NCBI GenBank assembly: GCA_951406725.2 | Contig: OX597832.1 | Location: forward strand, 23,622,001 to 23,686,000 | Reading direction: 5' to 3' | Length of the DNA stretch: 64,000 nucleotides | DNA from: Octopus vulgaris | Lineage: Eukaryota | Part shown: positions 39,615-55,051 of the stretch, piece after piece | How positions within the stretch are numbered: the stretch's first letter is position 1 | Layout of the letters: every line of letters begins with the position of its first letter | Notes under the pieces: model-generated | Told to the model about the DNA's origin: nothing | Database searches by the model: none | The model's input: only the letters and a program-made list of their open reading frames with translations | Position numbers and translations under genes: made by a program

Positions 39615-42600
39615 TGCAAGTACATCTCCGTAATTAGTAAATTGTATATTGAGGGATACCTAATTGTTGTTTTTAGCATATTGAGAGCTATCTTGTAGAA
39701 GCCCACACGGTCAGGGGGAAGACAACTTTTGTGAATGCTGTTTTGTGAAGAAGGTGTTTGGAAGAGGCCAGCGTATAAATATGGCCTGTTCATTAATCGT
39801 CCCGACGCTGGACCGATCTAAGTGATGAACTACCCTTCCAATAGTCTCTTCCTAGTGACATGGAATTTGAAATCTATGTAAGGGTTTTTGTTAAAGTGCT
39901 GTGGGTTTTGTTTTTTTTGTTCGAGCTCGTTATGTTAGGACTCAAAAATTGAGAAAACAAAATGTACTAAAAAACAATGACGGCAAAATGGCCGAAACGT
40001 CGGACGACATATTTAGCGGTATTTCTTCTTACTCTACGTTCTGAGTTCAAATTTCGATGAGGTCGATATTGCATTTTATACTTTCGGGATCGATAAAAGG
40101 ATGACCACTCGAGCCGATATAATCGGCTATCCCCTTCCTTGCTAAATTTTCAGGCTTTGGTGCCTAAAATGTTAGCAGGGAAATTTTAAAAGCAAAAAAT
40201 ATGGACAAAAGAGTAGAAAAAGGTAGATAGAGAGGAGGAGAAAGAGTAAGAAAAAGAAGGAACGAATGTGAGTCTATAAGAGTTTGGTGCGAGAGTAAAA
40301 ATTTTAAAAATTGAGAAATATTAACAGGGAGGTGGATGAGATTGAAAAATTAGTGAATCGTTAAGCCTTGAATTAACTGGGAAAATGAAGCAAATGTCGC
40401 TAGACTACGTTGCTGGACTGGCATCAATATTTCACACCTGAATGACTAATTATTTTAGTGAATGAATAATTTACCGTCGCAGAGGATGAATAACCAAATG
40501 ACGGAATAAAGGTACAAACAAAGAAAGAATGAATGAATAATGGAATGTTGAGTAACAGAATGCAGTAACGGATTAGTTATGAATAATTATGCAAGCGATT
40601 TGAGATCCATTTAGTTGAAATGGATGCGAATGAAAGAATTATGTGAATATGTGAATTAATTGAATGGAATGAAAAAATAGTAACATGCTACTACATGGTT
40701 TGGGGTTCTATCCCACCTAAAGCACGAGTACCTAAAGCACGAGTCTTCTACTATAAAACAGAGTCATCCAATGCCCTATGGTGGAAACTGCGTGGAATCC
40801 CACCATATATGTGTATATGTGTGTGTGAGAGAGAGGGAGACTTTGCAGCTGTGCTTATTACCCAATTCCACAGATTGACAATCGAAGATGGTTTATTTAC
40901 GTCCCCGTAACCTAGCCTTCCGGCAAAAAAAGATTCATATTGCAAGTACCCGAAATCGAAACGAAATAAGTTTCGGGGTTGATTTTTTTTTTTTTTTTTT
41001 GACAAAAACCTTTAAGGCGGTGCCCCAGCACGGCTGCAGTTCAATAATTGAAATATGTAACAAATAAAAGATGTGAAAGAATAAATAATGGAATAAGCCA
41101 ATTAAGTACCAGTGCGTAACTGGTACTTAATTTATCGACCCCGAAAGGATGAAAGACAAAGTTGACCTCGGCGGAATTTGAACTCAAAACGTAACGGCAG
41201 ACGAAATACCTATTTCTTTACTAGCCACAGGGAGCTAAGCACAGAGGGGACGAACAAGGCCAGACAAACGGATTAAGTCGATTACACCGACCCCAGTGCG
41301 TAACTGGTACTTAATTTATCGACCTCAAAAGGATGAAAGGCAAAGTCGACCTAGACGGAATTTGAACTCAGAACGTAACGGCAGACGAAATACCGCTATG
41401 CATTTCGCCCGGCGTGCTAACGTTTCTGCCAGCTCGCTGCCTAAGAGTGTTACTTAGTACCATGCACCATGCTTTCGCTAATCGTTTTAGTTCCTATGTT
41501 GTTGTGAGATTGCACGAACACTCGACACCACCTAAAGGTATTAACATATATGCAGTTGTTCGGAGGAGCCACGGATTTTAAGACCCAATGCTAATCGAAG
41601 TGTAATGTGGTTGTATATGCTGTGGCCCCAGTGCCTAGCCCAAAGTTTTATAATGTTGTTTAGACGGCCATATACAGGACTCCAAGACACCTACCCAGTT
41701 CTTTAATAGAGCGGAACGTCGAAGACACGATAATTAGGAAGAGAGAGTTGTTGCACCAGGACTCGCCAAGTGTACGAATCGAACCCAGGGCCTTATGGTC
41801 AAAAACCCAACATTCCAACGAATCGAAAACAATGAGTGCAAAAATGAACGAATGAATTTAAATGGAAGATGACTGAGGAATGAAATAACAGATACCAAGA
41901 GCCTCTATCTGGTTGCTCGAAATGCTAGAAACAACAGCCAAACCGTTCTACTGTCTTAACGAAAGCAAAACTTCTTTAATACTCAAGAGATTAGCCTGGA
42001 ATGCATGTGATAAGCTTCGCTACATCTTGTAGTCGGAGATTTCAAAATCAAAAGGGCTGATATTCTTTAGAGTATGAGTAGAGGGATTCCTTGCACATAA
42101 GGGTGCCTTTGTACAAAGAACGGTTCGATCAGAGATAAATCTGATTTTGGGCATAAGCGATAACAACAAATGTCAACTACAACAACAACAACAACAACAA
42201 CTGATGACTGTATTTGTTGAAGGAATAAAAAAAATACAAGAAGTGAATCTACAAAAAAATGATGCGGAAAATAAACAGGAGAATGAAAGGAATAAAAAAA
42301 AAAGGAAAGAAGGAATTTGTAATTAATGAAAAACATCGAAAACTTTGATTAATTATTAAATAATAATTTTTTTGACAATACTTAATGAAGAAAATTAGTG
42401 ATAAACACAAATATAAACGAACGGCAGAACGAGTCAATCAATGAAAGAATAGACGTATGAATAACTAAGGAATGAATTAATTATTCATTCAATAATTCCT
42501 TCTGTTGTTCAATCAATCATCTCACGATGAATATCGTATCCTAGTATTCATTGAAATCGTATTCCTGCTTGAATATTCAAATATTCACAAAGATATCTGT

Positions 42601-42929
42601 CGTTGCGACTAATAATTAATGAGTGGGATTCAAAAATTATATTGCAAATAATATTCACAAGACCTTTACAAAAATTTTATTTCACAACATAACAGACCTT
42701 AAACCCTTTCGTTACTATCCAATTACTAATCAGTTATTTTATATCCATTGCGGGCGATCTTACTAATTGGTTTGGCATTAGCAATTCAACGGAGTGCTTT
42801 GCAACAGTCCGATTGTGTAACCCTGCATTCTTCAGAGATAGCTGTTATGGAATGGAATATGGCGATTATATATATAAATATATATACATAGTATCATACA
42901 TATATAGACAGATACTTATATGTACATAC

Positions 42930-43041
<112 letters not shown>

Positions 43042-43148
43042 AGAGTTCGCGAAAAAAATATAAGACGAAGACAGGTGGTGTACAAAACAAACAGATGTAT
43101 TAGTATAACGCTCAGGATTTGAAAAAGTCTTTTACATATGTATATATA

Positions 43149-43207
<59 letters not shown>

Positions 43208-44512
43208 CACCATGCCACCACCTCAGAATGTTACGTACTTTGTTTATCGACCGCGAAAGAATATAATACGAATTTTACCGCAATAGGAATTGAACTTAAC
43301 CGGGTTGAGAGCCGGAACAAATACCACAAGTACTTCGCCCAGCGTTTTAATAATTCCATTCCATGACAATGCACTCTTTCGTATTTCATTTATGAATTTC
43401 AAAATGATAAGAAGCGAATTTGATCTCAGCAGGATTTGAACTTTGATTGTTTAGAATCAAAGCAAACATCGCCAGGTATTCATTCTTTTCTACTTTCTAA
43501 CGTATTGACCAATTCGTCGTAGTAAATGAAAAAAGATTTTTGCCAAAAATGTTATGGCACAAAGCCATTTGAAAGACTCAATCGATGTTCGGTGACGTGA
43601 GAGTTTTAAAAATGAATGCATCATATCATGTTGTATTGACAATAATGAAGTCGAAGCTAATTATAATGACACAACACACAAACACGTCATGTGAAGCAAC
43701 ATAGAGAGAAAAATGGCGACCTTTATGTTACATTATACACATACAGAGAGAAAACTGCTTTGCATAACGTACATATAGACACTTAATATTGTCTGACTAG
43801 CGTATAAATCTCTATATGATATCCAAAAGATTTATCCTTCTTTACATACTACAGATAATAGACAAATCTGCTCTAAGATTAAAATGTTGATAATAACAAA
43901 TGGCGCCTAAAAAGATATTTTCTTCAGTACTGGTTAACATACTTTTCACATAGTTCTGCTCATAATGATGTATTCACAATAATCTTCTAGTCTTTTCCCA
44001 ACAGATCACTACTTACTTGGTTTTATAAAAGCGCTTGCGTGTCGCATTATTACTATAGCGACGCATCTGTTACGTAAGTCTTTACACGTCCAAGTATTAT
44101 TGTTATATCGATTTCAAACAGTGGCACAAGAGCTCGCGTTTTAATGGCGAGTAGAACAAATAGCCGTTAGTTTTGCTGCTGTGTTTTTTCCTCGCTTCTG
44201 CTTAGTTATTTGTTGTTCACTCCGCTAAATATGTAATCACAAAGTTCGCTATGCAGCATTTACTTTCGTGTGTATATTGTCTCACTAAACTATACATTTT
44301 AATGCATCTATAAACCCCAGGGGTTTTTTTCTTTAAAGAATACGTAAATAAGCGAAGGTGAAGCTGTGCAGTCAGAAGCTTGCTTCCCAACTACATGGCT
44401 CCAGGTTCAGTCCCACTGTGTGACACATTGGACAAGTGTTTTCTACTATAGCCTCGAGACGACCAAAACCTTGTGAGCGGATTCGCTAGACGGAAACTAA
44501 AAGAGGCCTGTC

Positions 44513-44551
<39 letters not shown>

Positions 44552-44835
44552 AAAAAAATTTTCTAAAAAAATTTTATCAATGGCCAACATATTAAAAAAT
44601 ACCTTTAAAGGTTAAATTTATAAACAACTTATAAACAATGGCAAAAAAAGAAAAAATTTCTAATGCCAAATATGCCGAAACTAGACACATCGTCCATAAC
44701 CATATAATTCATTACTATAAGCACGCGTCTCGAAGAAAGCCGACAGAAATTTCTAAAAAAAATTTCCGTTATTACCATATCGGACCCGATTTCAGAGTTA
44801 ATTCATAAGACCTTTCTCTTCGTCAGTGAACGCCA

Positions 44836-44915
<80 letters not shown>

Positions 44916-45369
44916 CAAACAAACATACTCACATACAATACACGCACACACAAATGAAAACATTCCCAAAAACAACCACACATACGTAATAAATGGACTA
45001 ACCCAGTCTCCTGTCTGCTAGAGATAGTGATCACATACCTTCAAATTAATTCTTCAAATTTCTATTGATTTCTTACAAAAAATCGAAAGCTTCCAATCAT
45101 TCCGTAGTTGTTCCGCTCAGGTTCTAATACTAATGAGAGCATATGTAGCTTGAAATGCACATATTAGTACATAGGGATCGCTGGCAAATAGCTTTGATTT
45201 TTTATGCCTGTTGCCTAAAGTGGTAATTTTTCCCCGTTGTTTTTTACAGGTCAAATATATCATGCATACATTTCAACTAATCGAACAGTTTATTTTTTTC
45301 GCATAACTGCAACCCGCAACAGTTAATTATGCGAAATAGATAAACTTATATATATATATATATATATAT

Positions 45370-45447
<78 letters not shown>

Positions 45448-45537
45448 CTACACATTTATTTATACCTATATATATATTAATATATATATATATATATCGA
45501 AAAGTTGATTTATTTCACATAACTGCAACCCGTATAA

Positions 45538-45600
<63 letters not shown>

Positions 45601-45852
45601 TATAATATATATAATAAAGAAATGCCTTATTTTGGAGTTATTCAAATATTTCAATTCAAATAACTCCAAAGTAAGGTATTCGTTGTTTTTCATATTTTGA
45701 ATTACATTCCAAATCTATTTTCAAATATTGACATTTTTTTTTTTTTTTGGTAGCATTTTTAATAAATTCTGCAAACGCTTGTAAAAACTCTAAAACCTGA
45801 AATGCAATAACAACAACAGCAGAAACAGAAACAGCAGTAGCAGCAGCAACAC

Positions 45853-45899
<47 letters not shown>

Positions 45900-45919
45900 T
45901 CGCTGGGGTGGGGGTGGCG

Positions 45920-46001
<82 letters not shown>

Positions 46002-46126
46002 CTGCAGTGGTGGTGGTGATGGTGGCGGTAGTAGTAGTAGTAGTGTCGTGGAGGGAGTGGCGGTAGTAGTTGTAGTAGTAGTAGTAGTTGTAGTAGTGGT
46101 GGTGGTGGTGGTGGTGGTGGCGCTGT

Positions 46127-46157
<31 letters not shown>

Positions 46158-46165
46158 GGTGGTGT

Positions 46166-46212
<47 letters not shown>

Positions 46213-46228
46213 ATAGTAGTAGTAGTAC

Positions 46229-46275
<47 letters not shown>

Positions 46276-46276
46276 C

Positions 46277-46326
<50 letters not shown>

Positions 46327-47159
46327 CTTTCATTTATTTGCCACCACGGCGAAGGATGAGGAGAACAGTACAAAGACAGACACAAATGGAATGAAAAAAA
46401 AAGTAAGTATACACGGTATACAATGAGAAGGTAGGTAAATATGCATAGCTTAAAAACATAGCGGGGAAACGATAGTGATGGAGTCCTCCTGATACAGAAG
46501 GACTTCTAGAGATAATCAGGGAACTCCACCGTCCAAGATCTCAATGAACACCAAGGGCAAATACTCTTCCAAATCCCCTTTCTCCGGTGGAAATTTTACC
46601 CGTGAGTGTGTTAAATTATAAGACACAAAATGAAAATGACTCTCCCCAGACACAACAAAATATGCTTCAACACACGAATTCACATAAAGAATCTTACGAA
46701 CCAACTCCAAAAACGAAAACTAATAATAATGATGATTTCTACTATAGGCACAAAGCCATCAATTTTGTGGGTAGGGGCAAGTCGATTGCATCGACCCGCG
46801 TACTCAACTGATATTTATTTTATCGACCCCAAAAGGATAAAAAAGGTAAAGTCGACCACGGAAGGATTTGAATTCAGAATGTAAGAAACGCCGCTGCGTA
46901 TATTACCCGGCGTACTAACGATTCAGCCATCTCGTGAATTATACATGGCTTCCAAATTGTTTTGCTCAAGTATTATCAACGGAATTCATTTTGTTTTTTT
47001 TTTATAACATTAATTTAGAATGTTTATAGCATCACCATATATAATATATTTCCCTGAAAACCTGGAAATATTCGTATTTCCGATTTTTTTTTGTGAAGAA
47101 TCCGACAATTCGTAGGATGAAGAGATAGAACTACTGTAAATAATTAATCTTGCAGCTTC

Positions 47160-47199
47160 ATATGTGTATGTGTGTGTGTTTGTGTGTGTGTTTGTGTGC

Positions 47200-47241
<42 letters not shown>

Positions 47242-47332
47242 TTGTGTGTGTGTTTGTGTGGGTGGGTGTTTGTGTGTGTGTTTGTGTGTGTGTTTGTGTG
47301 TTTGTGCTTGTGTGTGTGTTTGTGTGTGTGTT

Positions 47333-47387
<55 letters not shown>

Positions 47388-47417
47388 TGTGTGTGTGTGT
47401 GTGTTTGTGTGTGTGTA

Positions 47418-47480
<63 letters not shown>

Positions 47481-47687
47481 TTGTGTGGGTGTGTGTTTGT
47501 GTGTGTGTGTTTGTGTTTGTGTGTGTGTGTGTGTGTGTGGGTGTGTGGGTGTTTGTGTGTGTGTGTGTGTGAGTTTGTGTGTGTGTGTTTGTGTCTGTGT
47601 TTGTGTGTGTGTGTGTATTTGTGTGAGTGTGTGTGTGTGTGTGTTTGTGTGTGTGTTTGTGTGTGTGTGTTTGTGTGGGTGTGTGTT

Positions 47688-47735
<48 letters not shown>

Positions 47736-47789
47736 TGTGTTTGTGTGTTTGTGTTTGTGTGTGTGTGTTTGTGTTTGTGTGTGTGTGTT

Positions 47790-47846
<57 letters not shown>

Positions 47847-47883
47847 TTGTGTGTTTGTGTTTGTGTGTGTGTGTGTGTGTGTT

Positions 47884-47935
<52 letters not shown>

Positions 47936-47936
47936 A

Positions 47937-47967
<31 letters not shown>

Positions 47968-48145
47968 TGTGCTTGTGTGTGTGTGTATGTGTTTGTGTTT
48001 GTGTATGTGTTTGTGTGTGTTTGTGTGTGTATGTGTTTGTGTGTTTGTGTGTGATTGTGCGTGTTTGTGTGTATGTGTGTGTGTTTGTGTGTGTTTGTGT
48101 GTGTGTGTGTGTATGTTTGTGTGTGTGTGTGTGTATGTTTGTGTG
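47160..48145. repeat. About 1-kb compound (TG)n/(TTTG) microsatellite (similar tracts at 26168-26575 and 30637-30885)
   Basis: Direct inspection. This tract is the source of the long poly-CV/HT ORFs. Confidence 0.97.
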
Positions 48146-48618
48146 ACGGACGGACGGATGGATGGATGGATGGATATACGTATGGATGTATGCATCTTCA
48201 TAGTATATGAATATATAACTATAAACTTCGTCCTTTTCAAGCCTAGCTAGGCTCATGGGCCCGGTTTCCCCGTTTCTGTGGCGTATGTGTTCCCCCCAGC
48301 TGGACGGGACCCCAGTCCATCGCAGCGTTACTTAACAAACAGGAAGAGAGAGTGAGAGAAAGTTATAGCAAAAGAATATTACAGGGGGCGTCACCACCCT
48401 TTGCCGGAGCCTCGTGGGGCTTTTAGGCGTTTTCTCTCAAAAAACACACACAACGACCGGTCTGGGAATCAAAACTGCGATTCTACAACCACGAGTCCGC
48501 TGCCCCAACCACTGGGCCATTGCGGCTCCACATATGATTATATACATGCATGTCTCTATGTTTATATGAGTACATGATATGAATCCATAAATATATACAT
48601 GTATATATATACATATAC

Positions 48619-48680
<62 letters not shown>

Positions 48681-48683
<3 letters not shown>

Positions 48684-48853
48684 CCACTGCACACATTTTT
48701 TTCTCTCCTTGTTTTTATCTGTGTCCCTTTCTGTAGAAGAGCGTAGGCTCGAAATGTAAGAGACTTTTTCAATTCCTGAGCGTTATACTAATACATCTGT
48801 TTGTTTTGTACACCACCTATCTTCGTCTTTTGTTTTTTTCCTAAACTCTCCTA
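48681..48853 (+). mobile_element. Copy of the short Penelope-like HHR repeat
   Basis: Homologous to 7508-7692 and flanked on both sides by (TA)n. Confidence 0.7.
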
Positions 48854-48865
48854 TATATATATATA

Positions 48866-48931
<66 letters not shown>

Positions 48932-49398
48932 TACATACATGCATGCATTCATACAAACGTACACATTATATCTATACAAGCTCGTACGTACGCAGGTATA
49001 TGGGTGGATTACTTTAATATTCGTGTTGCAGTAAATATCCAAATATATTATTCTATGTTGCATTCATGTTTCATTGCCCCTGTAATAGTTTGCTACTCTG
49101 TTTTATGTTACTGTAGGAAGTTGGGCTAAAATCAATTTATCAATGGATTTGTATAGAATCAAAGTGTATTGAACTTTGTTGCTTGTTGTTTCTGCGTATG
49201 TTCACATATACAGGCGTTTGTATATATAGATAGGTTTTCAAACAATCACACACCCCACGCTACGCACACATATATACATGTGTTTCCATGTGAGGGGGTA
49301 TACTGTGTACTAAATGTGTGCGCGTGTGTGTGCGTGTGTGTGTGTGTGTATTTATTGATTTGCTGTCGCATGCGTTTATAAGTGTTTGTGTGTATGTG

Positions 49399-49475
<77 letters not shown>

Positions 49476-49546
49476 ATATACATATATATAAATATATAGA
49501 TATAGATATGAATATATATAGTCATACATATGAATGTATAAATATG

Positions 49547-49593
<47 letters not shown>

Positions 49594-49784
49594 GTATATA
49601 CATAATCCTTTATCTCTTTCTCTCTTTATATCTCTCGTTTTGTATCTGTCTTTCTTATATATGTGTTTATGTATTATATATATGTGGGTTGGGGTATATG
49701 TATATGTGTGTATATCGATGTCTATATAATTCTCCCGTTATCTCTTAAACATATAAGAATATATATGTATAATTCTTTGCATCT

Positions 49785-49838
<54 letters not shown>

Positions 49839-51886
49839 TATTCCTATATCTCCCATGCATATCTATACACACACACGCTGACTTACTTTCTTTCTTACTG
49901 TATATCTCTCTCCCTCTCTTTCTCTGTATATATATATATATATAATAAGCATGTATATATATATGCTTGTATAGGGTGATCATCAATGGATAAAATGCTC
50001 AGATAAACAGATTCCATCACCTGCATCCAGGTCATGTTTGAAATACAACAAAAGAATCTTGTCTTTTCATGTACGACAAGAACGCATCTCGGTGAAGCAT
50101 TGCCGTTAGACGAGTTCTGATCGCTGAAGGTACGGCGATACTGCAAGGCAGGTGAGACCAGCTTTTGAAATCTAAGTAAAAGTAGCAGATAGTCGATAGT
50201 TCAGTGTAGAAAACGACTGGGGCTGTATAACGATCCTTTACAGATTTATAACCCGATAAAGTCCGTCATATTTTTCGTCTTTCGTTGCTATTTCGGCTGA
50301 AATATTTACAGTTATATCCAGTATTTTCAGCGTTTCATTCGAACTAAATTTCATTTTTATTCCAACTTATTTAATCTGATGAAACTAAAAATTGTTATTT
50401 ATACCTAGTCCAATGAGATCTGAAACGATTTTTTGCAAACTTGTTCTTAAGTACGTCCAGACAGGATCGGATGCAAAATATGTTGGTCACTAATTGATCC
50501 AGATCTTACTGTACATGGTGCAAATGACGTTTCTGTTTTGCTTTTTAATCGGTTAGAAGATATAAGCACCGATCAGCGAACAGGCTTGGATTAGGCTCAA
50601 AGATCAGGGTGTTTCTAGCTGGCGTAACACAGCATGGTGAAACACCGGTGTCTCAGAATCCCGTACGCCGATGAGCCGAGTGTTGAACTCACTGTCGTCG
50701 TAAAAAGGAAGTTATTCTCTTATGATGTACGCTACAACGTCCATTATATTTCGAGTCAGAAGCTACCTGGATGTTTTTAAGAATAAATATGCAAATAATC
50801 GTTAAGTAAACCAGATTCTATCACATTTTGTATAACAAGAATTCCAGTACGAGGTTGTGCAGTCTGCTAGAAGTTAAAATTCTCCATAATCAAAACCCAG
50901 ACGTTTTTTTAAACAGAAACGACTTATTGAATATACGGGATATGATATATGCCTGAAATGGAAAGAAGATGATGAAAATTGGAACGCCTTTGAACATAGT
51001 ATTGCTCTGAGTATACGTGTGTGTTTGTATATGAGGCGGATCTTACATCGGTTGCACTAACTGCAAGACATTCACGTCCTCATTAATGAGCACATTTATT
51101 CAAAAGTCTTTTCTGTCATAAATTCTAACGTAGTGTCAAGACAAGGTGGTCATAATGACTGTTAAAGCCATAGAAAGGAACACTGGGAATTTTAGGACCG
51201 AAGAAGCAATCCTAATTAAGACAAACAAATTAATCCGTCTATTCCCAGCAGATACCATCTAAGCTACTCTGGTTTAACTCAACTAATCAGCATGTTCAGA
51301 GGCTTCTCCTCCAGAATTCTGTCTTTTACAAAATAACTAATTAGTTATTTTAATTTGTGCAGATAGATCTGTCTCTTCGTCCGTTATCTTGAAAACAGAT
51401 TTGTAAACCAATGATATACAAAAAGAAGATAAATAATATGTGTGGTCATGTATGTATGTAAGTATTTATGTATGTATGTATGTATGCGGAAACCTTTGTT
51501 TTTGATTCAGGTTGCTCTTTATTTTTAAACTTGCATTGATGCAGATTATTTTAAGAAAAAGAAGGAAAATCTTACTCAGTCTTATGATGTTTCATTTTAC
51601 CTGTGTGTATGTATGTGTAGTATGTGTGTGTGAGTAAACATATGTTTATATTTGTCTGTACGTACGTACGCACATATGTGTGGACGTATGCTCACATGTG
51701 TCTATACACGTATATTTGTATATGTGTATATATTTCTTTCTTTGGAATCTATCTTCATCCGTTCTACCTTAAATTTAAAATTTAATTTTCTCATCTAACT
51801 TTTCCTACTTACCCATATAATACTGTATAATACTATACTGTATATATACATATGTGTGTGCGTGTATGTAAGTATGTTTATATATG

Positions 51887-51934
<48 letters not shown>

Positions 51935-52196
51935 ATTTGTTTCAAATCCCAGGGTCAGTGTAAGGGAAACTCAATTAAAATAACTCCAATGTCTACGTAT
52001 TCATTTTGGAATCCCAAGTTGTCTCAATTAATATGACATAGTATATTCTCATCCAAAATTGAGACGATTGCCCTATTCTTCATTTGAAGAATTGTGGATA
52101 CTCTCTCCGAATGAAACCATCGGTTATTTTGTTAGTCCACAAGTATGTGTGTACGTGTACGTGTGTGTGTGTGTGTGTGTGTCTGTTTATGTGTGT

Positions 52197-52268
<72 letters not shown>

Positions 52269-52878
52269 TTGTTTGTACACCATATACACTTCTGCTTTTC
52301 CTAATACCACCACACATAATCACAATTTGAAATCTGTAATCAAGGGCCAATTCTAAGATATAGAAAAAATTCAAGATGAATTTCTATAAGAAATACTTTT
52401 TTTTTTTACTTTCTGCGGATTAGCATCGTGCTTATTTTCGAGTATCGTACAACGTTCTCAGTTACAAACCAATTGATAATAGTCTAGAATTGATTATAGT
52501 CTAGAATCACCACAGCTCTCATATCCATCTAATATCTTAATTATTAATCGCATTTCTCTCATCCTGTCCTTGTACTCAATTCTGACTTCATTTCTCTGTT
52601 GCTTTCATATAACATCATACAACATTATTCACAATTCTGACGAACATATAATAGTCAACGGGTCTCTTGTAGATAATTCCCTAAGAACTTCGTAATGGCT
52701 AAAGACATTAAATATGTGAACTCTTTACATCTTTCTCATATCCATTAATTCCATATTCAAATTAATAATCCCATCTCTTGTTGCGAGGGGACAGCTTCCT
52801 CTCTCCGATCTACAGCCATAATCAGAGGATGTCACAAGTATGTATACACACGTGCGTATGTAATTATGTTTATGTGCA

Positions 52879-53646
52879 AGCTGGCAGAAACGTTAGCACG
52901 CCGGGCGAAATGCGTAGCAGTATTTCGTCTGCCGTTACGTTCTGAGTTCAAATTCCGCCGAGGTCGACATTGCCTTTCATCCTTTCGGGGTCGATAAATT
53001 AAGTACCAGTTACGCACTGGGGTCGATGTAATCGACTTGATCTGTTTGTATGTCCTTGTTTGTCCCCTCTGTGTTTAGCCCCTTGTGGGTAGTAAAGAAA
53101 TAGGTATTTCGTCTGCCGTTACGTTCTGAGTTCAAATTCTGCCGAGGTCGACATTGCCTTTCATCCTTTCGGGGTCGATAAATTAAAGACCAGTTACGTA
53201 CTGGGGTCGATGTAATCGACTTAATCCCTTTGTTAGTCCTTGTTTGTCCTCTCTATGTTTAACCCTTTGTGAGTAGTAAAGAAATAGGTATTTCGTCTAT
53301 CGTTACGTTCTGAGTTCAAATTCCGCCGAGGTCGACTTTGCCTTTCATCCTTTCGGGGTCGATAAATTAAGTACCAGTTACTCACTGGGGCCGATATAAT
53401 CGACTTGATCCATTTGTTTGTCCCCTATATGTTTAGCCCCTTGTGGGTAGTAAAGAAATAGGTATTTCGTCTGCCGTTGAGTTCTGAGTTCAAATTCCGC
53501 CGAGGTCGACTTTGCCTTTCATCTTTTCGGGGTCGATAAATTAAGTACCAGTTACGTACTGGGGTCGATGTAATAGACTTGATCCGTTTGTCTTCTGTCC
53601 TTGTTTTCCCCCTCTATCTTTAGCCCCTTGTGGTTAGTAAAGAAAT
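52879..53646 (+). repeat. Tandem tetramer of SINE group B (one headed unit plus three headless units of about 180 bp)
   Basis: Units are joined by AAAGAAATAG|GTATTTCGTCT at about 53100, 53285 and 53460. Confidence 0.93.
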
Positions 53647-54075
53647 ATATGTGCTTACGTGTGTGTGGGGGGGGGTCTGCAAATTACTAGACAGCAGAAT
53701 GAAGTGTGGAATGGTTCATTTAATGCACCTTAGCAAGTGTTTCGGTGATATTTATACCATCGTCACCTTAGATTAAGAGGATTCGTTTTACGGAATTATT
53801 ACGACACTGAATCGCATGTAATGATGTGATGGGCAAATAATTTACGCGAAATTATCCTGCTTTATTGTTTCTTTTTCATCTGGGTCGTATAACTTTTATA
53901 TGCGTTAAGCCTGTAACAGGATTAGTTGCGTAATAACGCGGATTTCTTTCAAGGCATCTGTTTCAGAGGTGTAATGCAAAATAAGGAATTCTATTTCAGT
54001 GGTCACATGTCGTGCACCTTGATAAGTACTTTGCAAGCATCAGATAGATAGATAGAGAGAGAGAGAGAGAGGGAG

Positions 54076-54159
<84 letters not shown>

Positions 54160-54170
54160 GGATAGATAGA

Positions 54171-54206
<36 letters not shown>

Positions 54207-54373
54207 CTCTTTTTTACTTGTTTCAGTCATTTGACCGCGACCATGCTGGACACCGCCTATAGTCGAGAAAATCGCCCTCAGGACTTATTTTTTGTAAGCC
54301 TAGTACTTATTCTATCTGCCTCTTTTGCCGAACTGCTAAGTTATGGAAACGTAAACTCACGAGTCAAGCGATG

Positions 54374-54453
<80 letters not shown>

Positions 54454-54454
54454 G

Positions 54455-54488
<34 letters not shown>

Positions 54489-54859
54489 TATCTATCTATC
54501 TATCTGTCTACCTATCTGTCTGTCTCTCTGTCTATCTATCTATCTACCTACCTATCTACCTACCTGCCTACGTACCTGCCATCCTGCCTGCCTGCCTATC
54601 TATCTACCTATCTATATATACAAATCAAAATTCCAGAAATACTGTCTGGAATTCTGTATTGACTCGAATGGGAAAATGTGTCGTTCAAGTATTTCATTTC
54701 GAAAAATTTTCATGATGTTTCATATTTCGATGCTTTTATTAAATTCATTCAGTTGTTAAACATAAATGAATCTTGGAATTAAATGGGTTTGATTTACTCT
54801 CAGGTGACTTTTGGCCTACACTTTATAACTATGTACCTGTGTATGCATGTAAGTATGTA

Positions 54860-54955
<96 letters not shown>

Positions 54956-54963
54956 TATATATA

Positions 54964-55051
<88 letters not shown>

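Noticed and set aside
43711-44150. Cluster of AATGGCG (YY1-like) motifs
   Set aside because: Short motifs with no supporting transcript or other promoter evidence.
47144-48256. Longest ORFs in the track (up to 370 aa, His/Thr or Cys/Val rich)
   Set aside because: Pure (CA)n/(TG)n repeat, open in nearly all frames, with no protein signal.
50376-50400. CTGATGA followed by AAC/GTT pairing as a hammerhead
   Set aside because: No GAAA box after the stem.
52879-53646. Regularly spaced repeats that superficially suggest a CRISPR array (also 33240-33960)
   Set aside because: Whole units of about 180-190 bp are repeated without unique spacers, they match a dispersed SINE, and the DNA is eukaryotic with no cas genes.
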